Part shown: one piece after another, positions 55,710 through 64,000 of the stretch | How positions within the stretch are numbered: position 1 is the first letter of the stretch | Layout of the letters: each line of letters starts with the position of its first letter | Assembly: GCA_963741265.1 (NCBI GenBank) | Contig: CAVUHG010000010.1 | Span: 3,132-67,131, forward strand | DNA length: 64,000 nt | Direction of reading: 5' to 3' | Origin: an uncultured Actinomycetota bacterium | GTDB taxonomy: Bacteria; Actinomycetota; Actinomycetes; Actinomycetales; Micrococcaceae | Translations under genes and position numbers: made by a program | Notes under the pieces: model-generated | The model's database searches: none | Told to the model about the DNA's origin: nothing | Seen by the model: only the letters and a program-made list of their open reading frames with translations

Positions 55710-56821
55710 ACCGCACCCAGCACAGCGAGCCTTTGGTCCTTGGCATCGAGTCATCCTGCGACGAGACCGGCGTCGGGATCGTCCGCGGGACCAGGCTCCT
55801 GACCAACACCGTCGCGTCCTCGATGGAGGAACATGTCCGCTTCGGCGGCGTCATCCCGGAGATTGCTTCCCGCGCCCATCTGGACGCCTTCGTGCCGACG
55901 TTGCGGGAATCGCTCGCGGAAGCCGGCGTGACGCTGGACGAGATCGACGCCATCGCCGTCACCTCCGGTCCCGGACTCGCGGGCGCCCTGATGGTCGGTG
56001 TCTGCGCCGCGAAAGCCCTAGCCGTCGCCACCGGCAAGCCCCTGTACGCGATCAACCACCTCGTGGCGCACGTCGGCGTCGGCCTGCTCCAGACCGGGGA
56101 CGGCAGCGGGCCCCCGTTCGCGGATGGGACGCAGAACGCGCTGCCGGCCAACCTGGGGGCGCTGCTGGTCTCCGGCGGCCACACCGAAATCCTGCGGATC
56201 CGGAGCATTACCGACGACGTCGAGCTGCTGGGTTCCACGATCGACGACGCCGCCGGCGAAGCGTACGACAAGGTCGCGCGGCTGCTGGGCCTGGGCTACC
56301 CGGGCGGCCCGGCGATCGACAAACTCGCGCGCACCGGCAACGCCAAGGCGATCCGCTTCCCGCGCGGCCTCAGCCAGCCCAAGTACATGGGAACGGCGGA
56401 GGAACCCGGCCCGCACCGCTACGACTGGTCTTTCAGCGGACTCAAGACCGCCGTCGCCCGCTGCGTGGAGCAGTTCGAGGCGCGCGGTGAAACGGTGCCG
56501 GTGGCGGACATCGCCGCGGCATTCCAGGAGGCGGTCGTGGACGTGATCACGGCCAAGGCCGTGCTGGCGTGCCGCGAGAACGGCATCACCGAGCTGCTGC
56601 TGGGCGGGGGCGTCGCCGCGAATTCCCGGCTGCGCCAGCTCACCGAACAGCGCTGCAGCGCGGCCGGGATCCGGTTGACGGTGCCGCCGTTGCAGCTGTG
56701 CACGGACAACGGCGCCATGGTCGCGGCCCTCGGCGCGCAACTGGTGATGGCCGGAATTGCCCCGAGCGGCATCGGCTTCGCGCCGGATTCGTCCATGCCG
56801 GTCACCAGCGTTTCCGCCTGA
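55706..56821 (+). CDS. tsaD: TsaD
   Basis: [38 protein letters not shown]. Confidence 0.95.
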   Translation: MNRTQHSEPLVLGIESSCDETGVGIVRGTRLLTNTVASSMEEHVRFGGVIPEIASRAHLDAFVPTLRESLAEAGVTLDEIDAIAVTSGPGLAGALMVGVCAAKALAVATGKPLYAINHLVAHVGVGLLQTGDGSGPPFADGTQNALPANLGALLVSGGHTEILRIRSITDDVELLGSTIDDAAGEAYDKVARLLGLGYPGGPAIDKLARTGNAKAIRFPRGLSQPKYMGTAEEPGPHRYDWSFSGLKTAVARCVEQFEARGETVPVADIAAAFQEAVVDVITAKAVLACRENGITELLLGGGVAANSRLRQLTEQRCSAAGIRLTVPPLQLCTDNGAMVAALGAQLVMAGIAPSGIGFAPDSSMPVTSVSA

Positions 56822-56827
56822 CCCGGG

Positions 56828-57979
56828 TTACGCCGCGGTGCCCTTGCGCATCTGCTTGACGAGGTCCAGGACGACGGCGCGCAGGTCGCCGCGGCTCTCC
56901 GCCGCGACGCGGCGCTGCCGCTGGTAGCCTGCCCCGCGCTGGATGATCTTTTCGACGTCGGCCAGTTCGGCGCTGCAGCCGAGCTTCGCAGCGACCGGCT
57001 CCAGCCGCTTGACCGTCTCGCGGAGGTGCTCCGTGACGAGCTGTTCGTTGCCTTCGGCGTCGAGGATGATGATCGCGTCCAGGCCGTAGCGGGCGGCGCG
57101 CCACTTGTTTTCCTGCACATGCCACGGCGGCATGGTCGGAATGCTGCCGCCGTTGTCCAGCGTGGTCGAGAACTCGTCGACGAGGCACTGGGTGAGGGCG
57201 GCGATTGCGCCGACTTCCTCGATCGTGGCCAGGCCGTCGCAGATGCGCATTTCGATGGTGCCGAGGTTGGGGACCGGACGGATATCCCAGCGGATCTCGG
57301 ACAGCGTGTCGATCACACCGGTGGTGAACATGTCCTGGACGTAGGACTCGTAGTCCTCCCAGCTGGAGAACTGGAACGGCAGGCCGGCGGTGGGCAGCTG
57401 CTGGAACATCAGGGCACGGTGTGAGGCGTAGCCGGTGTCTTCGCCGCCCCAGAAGGGGCTGGAGGCGGAGAGGGCCTGGAAGTGCGGGAAGTAGTTCACC
57501 AGGCCGTCCAGCACGGGGAGGACCTTGTCCCGGCTGTCGAGTCCGACGTGCACGTGGACGCCGTAGATGACCATCTGCCGGCCCCACCACTGGGTACGGT
57601 CAATGAGCTTGGCATAGCGTGCCTTGTCGGTCACGCGCTGGAGCTGGGGCGGGCTGAACGGGTGGCTGCCGGCGCAGAAAATCTCGACGCCCATGGGGTC
57701 GGTGACTTCCCGGACCGCGGCCAGGGAGCTTTCCAGGTCCGCCTTCGCCTCGGCCACGGTGGTGCAGATCCCGGTGACGAGTTCCACGGTGTTCAGCAGC
57801 AGTTCCTGCTTGATGTGGGGGTGTTCGTCGTCCTCGTTCAGTTCGGGATGCCGGGCGGCGACGCCGCGGAGCACCTCGTTGGCGACCGAGGCCAGCTCGC
57901 CGGTTTCCGCGTCGACGAGGGCAAGCTCCCATTCCACACCAAGAGTTGATTGCCTGGATGAAGCGAAATCAATCTTCAT
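56828..57979 (-). CDS. YbdK-family glutamate--cysteine ligase (GCS2)
   Basis: TLGVEWE, GVHVHVG, WDIRP, TIEMRICD, ENKWRAARYG. Confidence 0.9.
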   Translation of the reverse strand: MKIDFASSRQSTLGVEWELALVDAETGELASVANEVLRGVAARHPELNEDDEHPHIKQELLLNTVELVTGICTTVAEAKADLESSLAAVREVTDPMGVEIFCAGSHPFSPPQLQRVTDKARYAKLIDRTQWWGRQMVIYGVHVHVGLDSRDKVLPVLDGLVNYFPHFQALSASSPFWGGEDTGYASHRALMFQQLPTAGLPFQFSSWEDYESYVQDMFTTGVIDTLSEIRWDIRPVPNLGTIEMRICDGLATIEEVGAIAALTQCLVDEFSTTLDNGGSIPTMPPWHVQENKWRAARYGLDAIIILDAEGNEQLVTEHLRETVKRLEPVAAKLGCSAELADVEKIIQRGAGYQRQRRVAAESRGDLRAVVLDLVKQMRKGTAA

Positions 57980-58098
57980 GTGGTCCCTTCACTGTTCTGC
58001 TGTCCATTGCCGTGACCCAACTGGCAGCGGTACTGACAGGGTGGTTTGCCGAGGGGGCAACGGTGGTCCAAGTCTAGTGCAGGGGTAGCATCGAGACG

Positions 58099-59868
58099 GT
58101 GGCCAGATTGCAGCGAAGACGTGAAAGTTTTCACAAAAAGACTCCGGCCGCGGCGCTGGTGGCGCTATTCCTGGGGCTCGGCCTCGGAATGGGCTCCTGT
58201 ACCGGACCTCCGTCCCGGGATGCCTCCGTCGGCACGGAAACGCCGACGCCGGCACCGGCCCCGTCCGCACCCGGCGTGACCGGACCGGCCCTTGGCGACG
58301 CCGGTTTCGCTGCGAAACCCGGATCCCGGCCGCTCGGGTGGGGCCCGGAACAGCAGGACGCCGACGCGGCAGCCAAAGCCGTCAGCGGGATGAGCCTCGA
58401 ACAACTGGCGGGCCAGGTCCTGCTGCCGTTCTACTCCGGGCTCGACCACGAGGCACACGCCGCGGACGTGGAGCGGCTGCATCTTGCCGGCTCCATCATC
58501 ATGGGCGACAACGTCCCGCGAACCCCCGGCGGGCAGGTGGACACCGTCGCAATGGGCGCGGTGACCGGCCGGCTCCAGGCGGCAGCCCGGGCCGACGGGC
58601 GCAGCTGGCCCGGCATGATCAGTGTGGATCAGGAAGGCGGGGTGGTGGCGCGGCTGCGCGCCCCGCTGACCGAGTGGCCCGCGCCGATGAGCTACGGCGC
58701 CGCCGGGAACGGGCCGCTGGCCACCGAGGCCGGGCGGGCCATGGCCTCGGAACTCGCCGCTCTCGGCTTCAACGTCGACTTCGCGCCCGCCACGGATGTC
58801 ACCGTGGGACCCGCCGATCCGACCATTGGTGCCCGGTCCATGTCCGGCGACGCCGCCGCTGCCGCGGACTACGGTGTCGCCTTCTCGAGGGGCCTGCTCG
58901 CCTCGGGGCTCCTGCCTGCCCCGAAGCACTTCCCCGGGCACGGCTCGGTGAGCACGGATTCCCATGCGGGCCTGCCCGTCCAGGCCGCATCGCTCGACCA
59001 GCTCCGGTCCCGGGACCTGAAACCCTTCCAGGCGGCCATCGACGCCGGGCTCCCGATGATCATGACCGGGCACATTGCGGTACCTGCCCTGGAGCCCGAC
59101 GTGCCCGCGTCCGTCTCGAAACCGGCCTACGCGGAACTGCGCGGGATGGGGTTCCACGGGGTGGCCGTGACGGACGCGCTCAACATGGACGCGGTCCGGG
59201 ACCGGTTCCCCAACGAGTCCGCCGCGCCGCTGGCAATCGCCGCGGGAGCCGACCTGCTGTTGATGCCGGCCGACGTCGGGGCAGCCCACGCCGCGATCGT
59301 CGACGCCGCCAGAAGCGGTGCGCTGGCACCCGAACGGCTCGCCGAGGCAGCGCAGCGGGTAGCCACCATGATGATCTGGCGCGGCCGCACCGCCACCCCC
59401 GGGGGAAGCGAACCGGGCAGCGGCGCCGGCGTTTCGCGAAGCGTCTCCGCGGCGGCCATCACCGTGCTGGCCGGTCCCTGCAGCGGGCCGATGGTGCCGC
59501 CAAGCGTGCGCGTCACCGGCGGCACGGACCAGGACCGGGCCCGGTTCGCCGCCGCGGCCCGGGACGCCGGGATCAGCATCGGCGAGGGCCCGCTGGTGTC
59601 CCTCATCGGCCCCGGCGGCGTTCGGGCAGCACCGGAGACCCCCGCGGAGACGGAAACGCCGGCAGCGCCCGAGACCGTGGCGGTGGCCGTGGCCCTCGAC
59701 GCCCCGTGGCCGCTGGCCGACTCCGGCGCAGCGGCCAAAATCGCCCTGTACGGCCGCAGCCAGGGCGCCTTCGATGCGCTAGCGGCAGTGCTCGCAGGGA
59801 AGGCGGCCGCGCCCGGAAAACTCCCCGTCGCGGTGGGGGCACACAACACGGGAACCGGCTGCGGCTGA
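58099..59868 (+). CDS. Secreted GH3 beta-N-acetylhexosaminidase-like lipoprotein
   Basis: VDQEGG.V.RL, KHFPGHG...DSH, TDAL.M; hydrophobic stretch ending MGSC; start uncertain. Confidence 0.85.
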   Translation: MARLQRRRESFHKKTPAAALVALFLGLGLGMGSCTGPPSRDASVGTETPTPAPAPSAPGVTGPALGDAGFAAKPGSRPLGWGPEQQDADAAAKAVSGMSLEQLAGQVLLPFYSGLDHEAHAADVERLHLAGSIIMGDNVPRTPGGQVDTVAMGAVTGRLQAAARADGRSWPGMISVDQEGGVVARLRAPLTEWPAPMSYGAAGNGPLATEAGRAMASELAALGFNVDFAPATDVTVGPADPTIGARSMSGDAAAAADYGVAFSRGLLASGLLPAPKHFPGHGSVSTDSHAGLPVQAASLDQLRSRDLKPFQAAIDAGLPMIMTGHIAVPALEPDVPASVSKPAYAELRGMGFHGVAVTDALNMDAVRDRFPNESAAPLAIAAGADLLLMPADVGAAHAAIVDAARSGALAPERLAEAAQRVATMMIWRGRTATPGGSEPGSGAGVSRSVSAAAITVLAGPCSGPMVPPSVRVTGGTDQDRARFAAAARDAGISIGEGPLVSLIGPGGVRAAPETPAETETPAAPETVAVAVALDAPWPLADSGAAAKIALYGRSQGAFDALAAVLAGKAAAPGKLPVAVGAHNTGTGCG

Positions 59869-59911
59869 CACAAACTGACCCATCCGGGTCCGGCTGGCGT
59901 TTAATGAGGGG

Positions 59912-60745
59912 GTGCCCATCCTGAACAAAGACATGACCCTGTGCATCTCGCTCTCGGCCCGGCCGAGCAACAACGGGACGCGCTTCCACAACCACCTGTA
60001 TGAACAGCTGGGCCTGAACTGGATCTACAAGGCCTTTGCACCGACAGACCTGGCCCAGGCGATCGCCGGCGTGCGGGGCCTGGGAATCCGCGGCTGCGCC
60101 GTGTCCATGCCGTACAAGGAGGACGTCATTGCCCTTGTGGACGTGATGGACCCCTCCGCGAAAGCGATCGACTCGGTGAACACGATCGTCAACGACGGCG
60201 GCCGGCTCACGGCCTACAACACCGATTACACCGCGATTGAGCAGCTGCTGGCCCGCAACGCGGTCCCCACGGACTACTCCGTGTGGCTGCAGGGCTCCGG
60301 CGGCATGGCCAAAGCCACCGCGGCCGCGCTGCGCGACGCCGGCTTCCGGGACGTCACCGTGATTGCGCGGAACGAGGCGGCCGGACGGGCGCTCGCGGAG
60401 CTGTACGGCTTCTCCTGGCGCGCCGACGTGGAATCGTCCGGCGCCGGGACGGCCGACATGATCATCAACGTCACGCCTATTGGTATGGCAGGGAGTATGG
60501 CGGGCGACGCCGATTCGCTGTCCTTCCCGCAGGAGGCGGTGGAGGCCGCGGAGGTGGTGTTCGACGTCGTCGCGCTGCCGGCCGAAACGCCGCTCATCAA
60601 GGCCGGCAGGGCCGCGGGCAAGACCGTGATCACCGGGGCCGAGGTCGCCACCATCCAGGCCCTGGAACAGTTTGTGCTGTACACCGGCGTCCGGCCGAGC
60701 GACGAGCAGGTCCGCGCCGCCGAGGAATTCACCCGGGCGCAGTAG
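59912..60745 (+). CDS. Shikimate 5-dehydrogenase-like (SdhL type)
   Basis: SMPYK, NTIVN, NTD, GSGGMA. Confidence 0.85.
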   Translation: MPILNKDMTLCISLSARPSNNGTRFHNHLYEQLGLNWIYKAFAPTDLAQAIAGVRGLGIRGCAVSMPYKEDVIALVDVMDPSAKAIDSVNTIVNDGGRLTAYNTDYTAIEQLLARNAVPTDYSVWLQGSGGMAKATAAALRDAGFRDVTVIARNEAAGRALAELYGFSWRADVESSGAGTADMIINVTPIGMAGSMAGDADSLSFPQEAVEAAEVVFDVVALPAETPLIKAGRAAGKTVITGAEVATIQALEQFVLYTGVRPSDEQVRAAEEFTRAQ

Positions 60746-60764
60746 CCCGGCGGGGCCGGTCCGG

Positions 60765-62036
60765 CTAGGGCTGGACCGGCTCCACCGAGATGGCCACCCG
60801 GTCCTCGCCGATCCTGGTGAGGACCAGGGTGGCCGTTTTCTTGCCGGCGCCCCTTCCGGCGTTCTTTCCTGCGGACTTGCCTGCGTTCTTTCCTGCGGAC
60901 TTGCCGCCGGGCAGCAGCTGCTTGCGCAGCTCCTCCGGCGTCACCGAGGTGCCGCGCTTCTTGATGTCCAGTACACCGACGCCCTGGTCCTTGACCCAGG
61001 CCTTGAGCGCTTTGACGTTGTAGGGCATCACCTCCAGGACCTTGTACGCCCGGGCGAAGGGCGTGTCCTGCAGTTCCGGCGCGCAGATGTAGGCGATGTG
61101 CTCGTCCAGCAGGTGCCCGCCCAGCTGGAGGGCGACGTCCGCCACGAGCCCGGCGCGGATGACGGCGCCGTCGGGCTCGTAAAGATATCCCTCGACGGGA
61201 CCCACCGGGGCGGTCGGGCCGCCGTCGAAGTCCTCGGCGCTGGTGAGCTCGGCGGCACCCTGCGGGCCGAGCAGGAGGGCGGCGCGCCGGATCCCGGGAC
61301 GGCTGACGGCGTTGAACCAGAGCGCCACCTCGGTGACGTCCCCGCCCACCGAGACCCATTGGGCCTCACAATCCGCGGGCACCGAGTCGTGCGGCATGCC
61401 GGGACCCATCTTCACCCCGACAGCGAGCCCCGAGCCGGCGAGGGACTCGACGAAGGACAGCGGCGGCGAGAAGTCCTCCGGATCCCAGATCCGCTTGGTC
61501 CCCGACGTGGACGTGGTGCGGCGGGCCGGATCCATCCAGACGCCGTCGATGCCCTCAAGGGACACCTGCGTGGCATCGGAGTGGACCACCGTGGCGTTCC
61601 GGAACGGGATCAGGTTCATGGTGGCGCACGCGGCCGTGGTCTCATCCATTTCCACCGCGGTGACCTGGATGTCCAGCGACGCCAGGGCCATCGTGTCAGC
61701 GCCCAGCCCGCAGCCCAGGTCCGCGACGTGCCGGATGCCGGCCTCCGCGAACCGTTGCGCGTGCCGTGCCGCCACGGTGAGCCTGGTGGCCTGCTCCAGC
61801 CCGGCCTGGGTGAAGATCATCTGCCGGGCGAATTCGCCGAACTTGGCCTCCGCCTTGGTCCTGAGACGGGACTGGGTCAGCGCCGCCGAGACCAGTTCGG
61901 GGGAGTGGCCGGCCTTGCGGAGGGAGGCGTTGAGCCGGAACGCCTCATCCTCCCGGTAGGGCCCCAGCGACGCCAGCAGCTCCCAGCCCTCGGGGTTCAG
62001 GAGCGGGGCAATCTGGTCCTGCGGTGCGTCAGCCAT
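60765..62036 (-). CDS. Class I SAM methyltransferase with THUMP-like C-terminus
   Basis: LEQATR, ADLGCGLGAD, DPARR, YEPDGAVIRAG. Confidence 0.8.
   Translation of the reverse strand: MADAPQDQIAPLLNPEGWELLASLGPYREDEAFRLNASLRKAGHSPELVSAALTQSRLRTKAEAKFGEFARQMIFTQAGLEQATRLTVAARHAQRFAEAGIRHVADLGCGLGADTMALASLDIQVTAVEMDETTAACATMNLIPFRNATVVHSDATQVSLEGIDGVWMDPARRTTSTSGTKRIWDPEDFSPPLSFVESLAGSGLAVGVKMGPGMPHDSVPADCEAQWVSVGGDVTEVALWFNAVSRPGIRRAALLLGPQGAAELTSAEDFDGGPTAPVGPVEGYLYEPDGAVIRAGLVADVALQLGGHLLDEHIAYICAPELQDTPFARAYKVLEVMPYNVKALKAWVKDQGVGVLDIKKRGTSVTPEELRKQLLPGGKSAGKNAGKSAGKNAGRGAGKKTATLVLTRIGEDRVAISVEPVQP
60859..60905. repeat. In-frame 24-bp-period tandem duplication (GKSAGKNA x2)
   Basis: gcgttctttcctgcggacttgcc at 60859 and 60883. 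Confidence 0.85.
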
Positions 62037-62091
62037 GCAATCAAGCGTAGTTCAGGCGCCGGTGCCCGCATGCGCCGGTAGGCTGGACGGC

Positions 62092-62517
62092 ATGGATGAC
62101 AGCGGCACGGACGACAGCGGGACCACCAACGCCTCAACGGACGCCGTGACCGCACCGAAAAATGCCGACGGCGGCCACCGGGGCCTGGCCAGATACGCCC
62201 GGCCGGCGCTCGTCGCGGGCTGCATCATCGCCGTCGTCTGCGTGGCGCTGCTTGTCATCATCTTCTTCCTCGACTCCTTCAACGCCACCGTGTATTCGGT
62301 CGGCGGCAAGGACGTCCAGGACGCCACCGACGAGGCCCGGTCCATCCGGGAGAACTATGCCGCGGCCCGGGTGGGCGGGATCATCTTCCTCGTCATCGGC
62401 CTGGCGCTGGCCGCCGCGGGCGGCTTCGGGCTGTACCGCCGGCGCAATGAAGAGGGCTGGAACAACGGCGACGACGACGGCGAGGACGTCGACTTCGAGG
62501 ACCTCGGCGGAAAGTAG
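62092..62517 (+). CDS. Hypothetical two-TM membrane protein
   Basis: Two hydrophobic segments, acidic tail; TAGGCT-7nt-ATG. Confidence 0.7.
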   Translation: MDDSGTDDSGTTNASTDAVTAPKNADGGHRGLARYARPALVAGCIIAVVCVALLVIIFFLDSFNATVYSVGGKDVQDATDEARSIRENYAAARVGGIIFLVIGLALAAAGGFGLYRRRNEEGWNNGDDDGEDVDFEDLGGK

Positions 62518-62572
62518 TCCTGCCCCCGGCGGGTCCCGCCCGGCCTCCCGGGCGTTCACCGTGGATGAACTT

Positions 62573-62599
62573 CTGGCACTCGCCTTGACCGAGTGCTAA
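62573..62599 (+). promoter_or_regulatory. CIRCE element 1 (HrcA operator) overlapping -35 TTGACC
   Basis: CTGGCACTC-N9-GAGTGCTAA versus consensus TTAGCACTC-N9-GAGTGCTAA. Confidence 0.9.
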
Positions 62600-62619
62600 C
62601 CATTTACATAGAGTCGTCA

Positions 62620-62646
62620 TTAGCACTCTCCCTAGGAGGGTGCTAA
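62620..62646 (+). promoter_or_regulatory. CIRCE element 2
   Basis: TTAGCACTC-N9-GGGTGCTAA. Confidence 0.92.
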
Positions 62647-62754
62647 CACCTGAAGCTTCACAGCCAGGCTGCGGCCGGCACCGCGACGACGGTCTGTACG
62701 CCTTGGCACCACAGCTTCAAAGTCCACGAATTTGCTGACGAATAGGAGAGGTCC

Positions 62755-63051
62755 TTGTCGGTCTCTATTAAGCCTCTTGAGGATCGTATTGTTGTCCGCC
62801 CGCTCGAAGCCGAGCAGACCACGGCCTCCGGCCTGGTTATCCCGGACTCCGCGCAGGAGAAGCCGCAGGAAGGCGAAGTTGTCGCTGTAGGCCCCGGCCG
62901 CTTCGATGACAACGGCAACCGCGTTCCGATCGATGTTGCCGTCGGCGACGTCGTTATCTACTCCAAGTACGGCGGAACTGAAGTCAAGACCGGTGGCACC
63001 GAGTACCTCGTGCTGTCCGCCCGCGACGTTCTGGCGATCGTCGTAAAGTAA
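62755..63051 (+). CDS. groES: Co-chaperonin GroES
   Basis: [27 protein letters not shown]. Confidence 0.97.
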   Translation: MSVSIKPLEDRIVVRPLEAEQTTASGLVIPDSAQEKPQEGEVVAVGPGRFDDNGNRVPIDVAVGDVVIYSKYGGTEVKTGGTEYLVLSARDVLAIVVK

Positions 63052-63116
63052 CTCACTTGGACCCCCGCGCCGCCGATCCTTCTCAGACGGGTCAGTTGCG
63101 CGGGGTTCTGTCTTGA

Positions 63117-64000
<884 letters not shown>

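Noticed and set aside
62573-62646. Tandem CIRCE as a novelty
   Set aside because: Double CIRCE upstream of groES-groEL is well established in Actinobacteria.

Overview
High-GC actinobacterial chromosome segment; gene order and protein sequences resemble Micrococcaceae such as Arthrobacter/Pseudarthrobacter (inference). The backbone is housekeeping: end of the spc operon (rplF-rplR-rpsE-rpmD-rplO-secY-adk-map), infA-rpmJ-rpsM-rpsK-rpoA-rplQ-truA (no rpsD), rplM-rpsI, glmM, mscL, coaA, glmS-acpS-nnr, treX/treY/treZ, ino1, fhs, mshA, alr-tsaE-tsaB-rimI-tsaD, and CIRCE-controlled groES-groEL. Accessory insertions: (i) a UgpB-like ABC importer without ATPase plus a P1 peptidase between map and infA; (ii) an ~11 kb island between truA and rplM with a histidine kinase, an OmpR-type regulator, an HPt-fold protein with no histidine, and a monoderm Tad/Flp pilus locus; (iii) a GT87-like glycosyltransferase with atypical codon usage; (iv) an AbiEi/DUF559-like nuclease gene bracketed by two mutually inverted 67-bp palindromic elements with a compensatory base change; (v) a duplicated ~105-115 bp GGACATG/CATGTCC repeat before alr. 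The best candidates for undescribed systems are (iv) and the pseudo-HPt/Tad module. Frameshifts in secY, glmM, a VanY-like gene, treZ and tsaE look like sequencing or assembly indels, not biology.
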